Of a stretch of DNA of 64,000 nt, positions 56,724 to 64,000 are shown piece by piece. The stretch lies in NCBI GenBank assembly GCA_045862955.1, contig BTVI01000003.1, positions 32,001 through 96,000 of the forward strand, in the 5' to 3' direction. How positions within the stretch are numbered: position 1 is the first letter of the stretch; every line of letters begins with the position of its first letter. The DNA is from Fimbriimonadales bacterium (GTDB taxonomy: Bacteria > Armatimonadota > Fimbriimonadia > Fimbriimonadales > JABRVX01). The notes under the pieces were generated by a model. It saw only the letters and a program-made list of their open reading frames with translations. It was not told the DNA's origin and ran no database searches. The translations under genes were made by a program, and so were the position numbers.

Positions 56724-58698
56724 GATTGGCCTATTGATTGCCGCTCTCTCCTTGAGCACTCCCTTCGACGATGCCGCCTCCCGAGCCCTCTCCTCGGCCG
56801 GGCTGACGACCGAGACGGCGCGCTTCGATCAGAACCTGTTGCGCTTCTTCGATTTCGACGAGTTCGTTCTCGGCTCCTTCAGCGCGTATTGGGAAGCTCC
56901 GTGGCGGATCCCGACATTCGAGACCGGCATGACACAGCGTATCGTCGCAGCCATCGCGAAACCCTCCGAGCTCCTGATGCTTACCGGAGTGCAGATCGGC
57001 ATCGGTACGCGACGGACGCTCCTCGGCAATCCCATCTCCTCCATGGAGCAGTCGGCCGAGCAGAGCCCCGACTTCGCCTCGGCGCTTGCGGCTCTCGATG
57101 CTTCTGCCGGAGGAGTCGGCAGTGTCGAAAAGTTCCGCGCGGGCGCCGAAGCGGTGCCGAAGGAGGTCGCGAAAGCAGTAAGCCTTTTGGCGAACGCTGC
57201 ATCGGCTGTCGTGAGGGCGCGCGAGGTGACCTTCGATGAAGTCGGCGGTCCGGCAAAGGCTTGGGACACGCTCGCCCGAGGGGACGACGAGAGCTTCGCA
57301 GCTGTGGATCGCAGTCTCCGGTTGGCTCGTGCGGTAGACCTCCGCTACATGACCTCGGCCGCAATCGACCTGACGATGGCTTGTGAGAAGGCGACCGAGT
57401 GGCTGCGTGCCGCTCCGAAAACGGACTTCCGGTACGAAGTGGAAACGGCTCTGGGTTGGGTCTGCCTCCGCGGTAACGGCTCGGATTCCTACGAGTCCCG
57501 CCCCTACTTCCTGATCATAGACCTTGCCGGTGACGACACCTACTTGGGTGGCGCTGCGACCACATCGAGCGCGAACAGCATTAGCCTCCTCTTCGACATC
57601 GAAGGCAACGACCAGTACGTGTCGGACCAGTCCTTGGCCGGCGCAACCGTAGCCGGATCTCCACTTCGAAACAAGGGGGGCCCGTTGCCGACCACCGGAG
57701 GCGCGCTCTGCGGCGTCTCCGTGTTGTTCGACCTCGCCGGAAGGGACCTATACCGCTCGGTCGCGATGGGGCAAGGCGCAGCGCACTACGGCGTCTCCGT
57801 TGTCTGGGACCGCGCAGGCAACGACACTTACGACGGCTACACCCGCTGCCAGGGCTTCGCAGAACACGGCATCGGCATCTTAGCCGACACCGCAGGCACC
57901 GACACCTACGCCTGCTTCAGCCAGGCTCAGGGATGCGGACTGACACGCGGATTCGGCTTGCTCGCAGACGGGGCCGGTAACGACCGGTACGCAGCAAACG
58001 ACACCCGGATCGACTTTCCCTCGCCTCAGACGAAGGAGCACAACGTCAGTATGGCGCAGGGTTGCGGCTTCGGCAGGCGTGCCGACTACAGCGACGGGCA
58101 CTCCCTCGGGGGCGGTTTTGGCGTGCTCTGCGACGTGAGCGGCGACGATCGGTACTCTTGCGGGGTGTTCGGCCAGGGAGTCGGATACTGGAAGGCGGTC
58201 GGGCTGCTTGCCGACCTGGCGGGTAGCGACGTGTACCAGGGCATCTGGTACGTGCAGGGAGCGTGCGCTCACTTCGCCATCGGGATCCTGCACGATTACG
58301 AGGGTGAGGACCAATACGAGGCGACGATGAACATGGCGCAGGGCGCGGGTCACGACTTCTCCATCGGCCTGCTGCTCGATGGGGCGGGGAACGACCGCTA
58401 CCGGGCGCCGAACCTGTCGCTCGGCGGGGGAAACGCCAATGGCATCGGCATCTTCGTGGATTTCGCCGGCGACGACGAGTATCGAAGCAGTGGCACCACC
58501 CTGGGCAAGGCGAATGCCTCCGCAGGCGGCGTGCGGGACATCGCCCTCTGCCTCGGAGTCTTCATGGACCTCGGCGGAAACGACACCTACCCGGACGGCA
58601 GTCCCTGGGCGAAGAACGGGGCCGAGGCCGTGAACTGGACGACACAACGGGCCAAGCCCTCGGAGTCGCAGGTCGGGGTGTTCGTGGACCGACAGTAG
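56722..58698 (+). CDS. Secreted protein with tandem D-x-x-G-x-D-x-Y / GQG repeats
   Basis: AGGAGGTG RBS; about 12 repeats such as DLAGDDTY, DRAGNDTY, DVSGDDRY. Confidence 0.8.
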   Translation: MIGLLIAALSLSTPFDDAASRALSSAGLTTETARFDQNLLRFFDFDEFVLGSFSAYWEAPWRIPTFETGMTQRIVAAIAKPSELLMLTGVQIGIGTRRTLLGNPISSMEQSAEQSPDFASALAALDASAGGVGSVEKFRAGAEAVPKEVAKAVSLLANAASAVVRAREVTFDEVGGPAKAWDTLARGDDESFAAVDRSLRLARAVDLRYMTSAAIDLTMACEKATEWLRAAPKTDFRYEVETALGWVCLRGNGSDSYESRPYFLIIDLAGDDTYLGGAATTSSANSISLLFDIEGNDQYVSDQSLAGATVAGSPLRNKGGPLPTTGGALCGVSVLFDLAGRDLYRSVAMGQGAAHYGVSVVWDRAGNDTYDGYTRCQGFAEHGIGILADTAGTDTYACFSQAQGCGLTRGFGLLADGAGNDRYAANDTRIDFPSPQTKEHNVSMAQGCGFGRRADYSDGHSLGGGFGVLCDVSGDDRYSCGVFGQGVGYWKAVGLLADLAGSDVYQGIWYVQGACAHFAIGILHDYEGEDQYEATMNMAQGAGHDFSIGLLLDGAGNDRYRAPNLSLGGGNANGIGIFVDFAGDDEYRSSGTTLGKANASAGGVRDIALCLGVFMDLGGNDTYPDGSPWAKNGAEAVNWTTQRAKPSESQVGVFVDRQ

Positions 58699-58866
58699 CT
58701 AGGCTTGCGTGCTTTCGGCTCCCGGGTGCCGGCATTTCGGGCTCGATCGCACGACGGGTGGCGGATGGCATTTAGCTTGCCGAAGATTCTGATGGAGAGC
58801 TAGCCGGCGAATGTGGGAGCCCTGCGCTCATGCCGACACTTCCAGACTTGACCGACGGTCAATCCA

Positions 58867-58910
58867 AGCGCGAAAGGCCAGCCGGGGGAGGCCTTTCGCG
58901 CTCTCTATTC
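58867..58910. terminator. Strong hairpin between convergent genes
   Basis: AGCGCGAAAGGCC...GGCCTTTCGCGCT followed by CTCTATT. Confidence 0.6.
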
Positions 58911-59143
58911 TGCCCCCCGTCGTGCACAGACCGGAGACATAGGGCTACTACAGGTGTTCCGGAGGCATTCGAGCCCGTCTGCGCTCTCTGCGGCACTTGG
59001 CGTGCTCTGCGTGAGAACCGACCCCAGGGCCTTGCTCTCGAAGCGGCCGAGAACCGCCACTGCACGGCTCAGGTGGTCGCCAAAAGCTCGCAAAGGGATC
59101 TGCCAGGATCGCAGGCGCCATCGCCGCAGTCGCCGCCGGTGCA

Positions 59144-60835
59144 TCACACCCGACGAGACGCCACCCACGCCTCCACGCGCTTGCGCAGGACCGACAAAGG
59201 CATCGGGCCCGCCAACAATAGCACCTCGTGGAACTCCTTCAGATCGAACCGTTCACCGAGTGCATCGGTAGCGTTTCGGCGGAGCTTCTGAATCTCGATC
59301 TCGCCGATCTTGTACGCCACGGCCTGTCCTGGCCAAGCGATGTAACGGTCTATCTCGTTCACCACGTCCAGCTCGGTCTTGGGTGAGTTCTCTAGGAAAT
59401 AGTCGATCGCCTGTTGCCGCGTCCACCGCTTCCAATGAATGCCGGGGTCCACCACCAGCCGAATCGCGCGCCATATCTCATAGGTCAGGCGTCCGAACTC
59501 CGCATAGGGATTGTCGTACAGCCCCAACTCATGGCCCAGCGACTCCGCGTATAGCGCCCAACCTTCGATGTATGCCGTCCAGTGCCCGTGGCGCCGAAAA
59601 TCGGGAAGGTCCTTCAACTCCATCGCCAGTGCGATCTGGAAGTGGTGCCCAGGAACCGCTTCGTGCATGGACAGCGCCGGAATCTCGTGCGTGGGTCGCG
59701 ACTCGGGCTGGTACAGGTTCACGCGATAGGAACCGGCACGCGACCCGTCGTCAGCGGGCGGCTGGTAGTACGCTGCCGTGGTGTCGGGCGCGACCGCCTC
59801 GGGGATGGGATCCACGCCGTACGGCATGCGCGGAATGGTTCGAAATACCTTCACCAACAGCGGGTCGATCCGCTTTGCGAAAGCGCGGTACGCGGTGAGA
59901 AGGTCCTCGGCTGTCTCGTGAAAGAAACGCGGATCGGTCCGAAGGAACTCGAAGAACTCCTTCATGCTGCCCGTGAAGCCCGACTCTTGCTTCACCTTCT
60001 CCATCTCTGCCCGAATGCGCGCGACCTCTTGCAGGCCCGTCTCGAACACCTCGTCGGGTGTCATGTCCGTCGTGGTGTACTTGCGAACGAAGTGGCGATA
60101 GATCTCCTCGCCGCCGGGCATCTGCCATGCCCCGGCCTGCTCGTAGCAGCCCGGCAGGTACTCCTCGTTCACGAAGGCAAGCAGCTTGCGATAGGACGGA
60201 ACCACACACCCCACGATCGCGTTGCGTGCTGCCTGCCGGAGCCTGCCGGATTCTGCGTCGGAGAGCCCGGGCATGGCGACGAAGGGGCGGTAGAAGCGGC
60301 TCTGCTCGGCGTCGTCTACGATCTGGCTCTCGACTTGCCTCGGCACGCGCTGCATCACCACGCGTGAGTGCTTGATGCCGCACCGCAACCCCTCGCGCAA
60401 CAAGGAGATGGTCTGGTCCATGAGCGTAGGCAGCGCCTCCAGCCGCGCGATCCAGTCGTCGTAGTCTTTGGCGCAACCGAAAGAAAGCTGCTCGGAAAAG
60501 TTGTCTAGCGTTTGGATTCCCCCGCGTGCGTCCAGCGCGATGTAGCGCCAGTTCGTGGAGTACTCGTCCGCCGCGGTCTTCTGCTCATCCTGGAACAGGT
60601 CATAGTTCAGCTGGTCCTCAGGGGAGAGTGCGGAGCGGTCAATCGCCTCGAGCCTTGCAAGGTTCTCCAGCGTGTGCTCGTGCCGAGCCTTGAAGCCTTC
60701 CTCGCTATGGTCGGTCCAGCGATCGTTGTAGCGCTTGTCACCTAGGTACGAGGCCCACTCGGGGTGGGCGCGCATGCGGTGCTCCCAGTCCTCGCGAAAC
60801 AGCTCGTGCAGTGCGCGTGTGGCATCGTTGCTCAT
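59144..60835 (-). CDS. DUF885 family protein (metallopeptidase-like)
   Basis: HEAVPGHH, EGWALYAE, RA.RLVVD.GIH, E.DRY..WPGQA..YK.G. Confidence 0.9.
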   Translation of the reverse strand: MSNDATRALHELFREDWEHRMRAHPEWASYLGDKRYNDRWTDHSEEGFKARHEHTLENLARLEAIDRSALSPEDQLNYDLFQDEQKTAADEYSTNWRYIALDARGGIQTLDNFSEQLSFGCAKDYDDWIARLEALPTLMDQTISLLREGLRCGIKHSRVVMQRVPRQVESQIVDDAEQSRFYRPFVAMPGLSDAESGRLRQAARNAIVGCVVPSYRKLLAFVNEEYLPGCYEQAGAWQMPGGEEIYRHFVRKYTTTDMTPDEVFETGLQEVARIRAEMEKVKQESGFTGSMKEFFEFLRTDPRFFHETAEDLLTAYRAFAKRIDPLLVKVFRTIPRMPYGVDPIPEAVAPDTTAAYYQPPADDGSRAGSYRVNLYQPESRPTHEIPALSMHEAVPGHHFQIALAMELKDLPDFRRHGHWTAYIEGWALYAESLGHELGLYDNPYAEFGRLTYEIWRAIRLVVDPGIHWKRWTRQQAIDYFLENSPKTELDVVNEIDRYIAWPGQAVAYKIGEIEIQKLRRNATDALGERFDLKEFHEVLLLAGPMPLSVLRKRVEAWVASRRV

Positions 60836-60953
60836 GCTCGGCCCTCCTGGTCTAGGGCCGGAGTGTACCCAGGCCCGGGAGAGCCGTCGGAAGGAGGCTG
60901 AGCGTGCTGAAGCGAAGGGAGGACCCAGACATCGAGCCAACGGAGTTGCCCCT

Positions 60954-62057
60954 ATGATCGGTCACACCACCCTGTCGAACCTCGCTACCCTTCGGAAGTA
61001 CACCTCGCGCCGAGCATCCAGCTACGACGTGGAGGGCAAGAACGCCGACGCCTGGCGCCTGAAGCCCGGCGAGTGCCGCGAGATCATGGTCACCGACAAG
61101 CCAGGTTGCATCAAGCACATCTGGTCCACCCTCGGACCCGAGGGACCGGAGTATGCCTACCCGCGCAAGATCGTGATCCGCATGTACTGGGACGGCGAGC
61201 AGACACCCAGCGTCGAAGCACCTATCGGCGACTTCTTCGGCATGGGGCATGGGATGTTGAAGGACTTCGTCAGCGCGCCACTGCAGATGGGTCCTTCCGG
61301 AGGACGGGGAATGAACTGCTGGTTCCCCATGCCGTTCAACTCTGCTCGCATCACCGTAACCAACGAGTGCTCGGTGGACCTCCACCTGTTCTTCTATATA
61401 GACTACGAGGAGTACGACGCACCGCACGGACCCGAGATCGCGCGCTTCCACGTACAGTGGCGAAGGGAGAACCCGACCCAAGGTTGGCTGACCACCCGGC
61501 TAGGCCCCGGACGCATGGAGCCTTGGCAAACCCCGAACCTGAGCGACAAAGACAACTATCTGATTCTGGAGGCGACCGGCGAGGGCCATTACGTGGGATG
61601 TCACCTAGACATAGATTGCTTCCAACGACAGGGCAACGACTGGTACGGTGAGGGCGACGACATGATCGTGATAGATGGCGAGCCGTGGCCGCCGCGCATG
61701 CATGGCACCGGCACCGAAGACTACTTCTGCATGGCCTACTGCCCGCAGACGGAGTACTGCGCACCCTACCACGGCCTAATCCTATACTCCGGGAACAAAG
61801 ACTGGCCCTTCAAGGGCAAGAACTCGATGTATCGCTACCACATCGAAGACCCGGTGCGTTTCACCAAATCCATCCGTGTTAGTATCGAGCACGGGCACGC
61901 GAACAAGCTGTCCTACGACTACTCGAGTACGGCGTATTGGTATCAGGTGGAGCCGCACGGTCCGTTCCCGGTGCTCCTGCCTGTCGAGGAGCGACTTCCC
62001 CGACCCAACGAGCCGGGTTTCCCCGATAACTCCGTTCCCATACCGCCCTCGATTTAG
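60954..62057 (+). CDS. DUF2961 / GH172-family protein
   Basis: R.YWDGE..PSVEAP.GDFFG, N..FPMPF, W.GEGD, GTGTEDYF, IEHG. Confidence 0.88.
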   Translation: MIGHTTLSNLATLRKYTSRRASSYDVEGKNADAWRLKPGECREIMVTDKPGCIKHIWSTLGPEGPEYAYPRKIVIRMYWDGEQTPSVEAPIGDFFGMGHGMLKDFVSAPLQMGPSGGRGMNCWFPMPFNSARITVTNECSVDLHLFFYIDYEEYDAPHGPEIARFHVQWRRENPTQGWLTTRLGPGRMEPWQTPNLSDKDNYLILEATGEGHYVGCHLDIDCFQRQGNDWYGEGDDMIVIDGEPWPPRMHGTGTEDYFCMAYCPQTEYCAPYHGLILYSGNKDWPFKGKNSMYRYHIEDPVRFTKSIRVSIEHGHANKLSYDYSSTAYWYQVEPHGPFPVLLPVEERLPRPNEPGFPDNSVPIPPSI

Positions 62058-62116
62058 GCGAAGTGTCCGCAGGAAGAGCCAGCGCACACGCGAACGTGCG
62101 AAGAGGGGAGGATGCC

Positions 62117-63037
62117 ATGGACAAGCCCATTCACGACTTCTGCAGGCTCGGTATCGTGCACTTCATGGCCTTTCCGCAGTGCATGAAGGGGGAGGGGCCG
62201 ATCTTGGAGACCGTGACGCGGATCGCCGAGGACCCCTTCTTCACTGCCGTCGAGATCACGTGGATTAGAGACGACACGGTGCGGGATCAGGTCCGGCGCG
62301 TGCTTCGAGACGCCGGTTGTGCTTACACCTACGGCGCGCAGCCCCCGCTGCTCAGCCAAAAGCTGGACCTGAACCATCCCGAGCCTGCAGAGCGCAACCG
62401 CGCGATTGCCCAAGTGCTAGAGTGTGCGGGCGAGGCCGCCGATGTAGGCGCATCAGCGGTCGCCGTCCTTAGCGGCAAGGTGCCGGAGGACGGAGACGTC
62501 CCAGCGGCCGAGCAGCGTCTCGCCGACTCGTTAATCCAGATAGGCGAACGAACCGAGCGCCTCGGCATCGGCCTCACACTCGAGACCTTCGATTGCCAGC
62601 CATTCGGCAAGAACTGTCTTATCGGCCCGACGCACAACGCAGTCCGGCTCGCGGAGACAGTGAAGAAGCAGGTGCCTCGCTTCGGGTTGATGCTGGACCT
62701 CTCACACCTCCCGCTGCTCGACGAGACGCCACGCCAAGCTCTGGGTGCAGCCAAGGAGCACCTCGTTCACGCGCACATGGGCAACTGCCTCTTCAGCGAC
62801 CCGAACCATCCCGCATACGGCGACGAGCACCCGTTCTTCGGCGCTGAGGGCTCGTGTAACGGAGCCGCCGAACTGGCCGAGTATCTGCGCGCGCTGATGG
62901 AAGTCGGGTACCTTGCGCCGGGCGGCCAACGGATCCTCAGCTTCGAGGTTAAGCCTATCGTGACTTGGGGGCAGACGTCCGAAGACGCCATTCAGAACTG
63001 CAAGGACACCCTCGCCGCGGCATGGGTGATGGTATAG
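62117..63037 (+). CDS. Sugar phosphate isomerase/epimerase (xylose-isomerase-like TIM barrel)
   Basis: LE.FD, DLSH, HAH.GN, SFEV motifs. Confidence 0.8.
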   Translation: MDKPIHDFCRLGIVHFMAFPQCMKGEGPILETVTRIAEDPFFTAVEITWIRDDTVRDQVRRVLRDAGCAYTYGAQPPLLSQKLDLNHPEPAERNRAIAQVLECAGEAADVGASAVAVLSGKVPEDGDVPAAEQRLADSLIQIGERTERLGIGLTLETFDCQPFGKNCLIGPTHNAVRLAETVKKQVPRFGLMLDLSHLPLLDETPRQALGAAKEHLVHAHMGNCLFSDPNHPAYGDEHPFFGAEGSCNGAAELAEYLRALMEVGYLAPGGQRILSFEVKPIVTWGQTSEDAIQNCKDTLAAAWVMV

Positions 63038-63050
63038 GAGGAACCGTATC

Positions 63051-63632
63051 ATGATGCTCGTCGTTTCGCTCGATGACTTCCTCGAGGCGATCAAGCGCCA
63101 CGATCCGACTGGACAGCGCACCGTGTACCGGCACGTGACCAATATCCCCTCCGCTGCGGGCTCCAGCTCGTTGTTCGGCGGCGGTCCGTCCAACCAGGGC
63201 CATATACTCCACGTGACTTACGGGGTGCCGCGGGAGGGGTTCGTCATCGCCGCAGAGGGCCTCGTCGGTTCCATGCAGGAGGTATCCGACTTCGAGTACA
63301 CCCTGAAACAGCACGGCATCACGGTGGTAGAGGGGGTTTGGATGGACCAGCCACCGCAAGGTGCCCGCCAGCCTGCCGCCGAGCGAGTGGCCCCCACAGG
63401 CCAATATTGGGTCGCTGCCGTCGCCTATCAGAGTGCCGAGGACGAGCCCGGCCTGTGGATGGACGCGTTCGACCGCGAACCCAACGAGGAAGAGGTGCTG
63501 CGGGCTATGTATGACGAGTTCGTGCGCTCGGGCGACCTGGTGGATGCCAGTTACGAGGACTTCGTGACAGAAGCCACCCCCACCGTGCAGATTGCAAGCG
63601 CCCGCGACATCCAGGAGTGGATGAGGCAGTAG
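63051..63632 (+). CDS. Hypothetical acidic protein
   Basis: AGGAGG RBS, 193-aa ORF; no recognised motif. Confidence 0.7.
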   Translation: MMLVVSLDDFLEAIKRHDPTGQRTVYRHVTNIPSAAGSSSLFGGGPSNQGHILHVTYGVPREGFVIAAEGLVGSMQEVSDFEYTLKQHGITVVEGVWMDQPPQGARQPAAERVAPTGQYWVAAVAYQSAEDEPGLWMDAFDREPNEEEVLRAMYDEFVRSGDLVDASYEDFVTEATPTVQIASARDIQEWMRQ

Positions 63633-63647
63633 CCCTTAGCTCTGAGC

Positions 63648-64000
63648 CTACAGCACGTGATCGCTGCCGATGTCGGTGAGCGTCCGGAACTTCGCGCCCT
63701 TCGCTCTCAGCGCGGCGATGGCATCGCGTAGAACATGCACCTGGTTCACGTAATCGTGCGCACCGAGCACGATCACCTTGCCCGGCTGCGCCTGATTCTC
63801 GATGACGTCGGCAATCGAGTCCGGCTTGTCTATGAACGCGGGCTGGTTCTTCCCGATGCTGACCGGAATGCACAGCAGCTTGGACGGTCCAGGCTTCTTC
63901 ACGTCGTCGGGATCGGGGTGGTATGGCTGATGCGGCGCCCCGGTCCAGTCCACGAAGAGTTTGTAGTCGCTGTCGGGCACCGGGCTCGAGTCCACCAGCA
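63648..64000 (-). CDS. 3' end of a gene running off the window; possibly polysaccharide-deacetylase-like barrel
   Basis: Open frame to the window edge; PY.P, VLGAHDY, GAKF.TL C-terminal pattern. Confidence 0.5.
   Translation of the reverse strand, partial: LVDSSPVPDSDYKLFVDWTGAPHQPYHPDPDDVKKPGPSKLLCIPVSIGKNQPAFIDKPDSIADVIENQAQPGKVIVLGAHDYVNQVHVLRDAIAALRAKGAKFRTLTDIGSDHVL

Overview
GC-rich bacterial chromosomal window from a diderm organism. It carries kdsB, lpxK, an AlgE-like porin, a PEP-CTERM protein and five prepilin-type proteins, three with H-X9-DG tails; this mix suggests Armatimonadota (inference only). Most of it is housekeeping or catabolic: rhaEW-like, mtnP, rsmG, trpDCF, ECF sigma/anti-sigma, fabG-acpP-fabF, uvrA, kdsB, lpxK, mtaB, HIT, hypD plus activase, acs, GH116 with a sugar ABC transporter, prs-glmU-tRNA-Gln, DUF885 and GH172. 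Standouts: (1) 8.8-14.3 kb, a tandemly duplicated cassette. A thioredoxin-VKOR-thioredoxin-like disulfide-forming protein is translationally coupled to a secreted 12-Cys miniprotein, followed by a small membrane protein and an atypical Cys-tailed prepilin-like protein. The two miniproteins share a near-identical leader and the same Cys framework but have very different loops, and each is followed by its own membrane-protein variant. This is a candidate undescribed polymorphic disulfide-rich peptide/immunity system. (2) A HicA-HicB-SecB toxin-antitoxin-chaperone module. (3) A leader-peptide attenuator ahead of an ABC exporter plus two GNAT acetyltransferases. (4) A structured leader with a uORF before kdsB. 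(5) Several REP-like palindrome families and many apparently leaderless genes. No CRISPR array, rRNA, integrase or transposase was found. All family assignments are by motif recognition, not database search.
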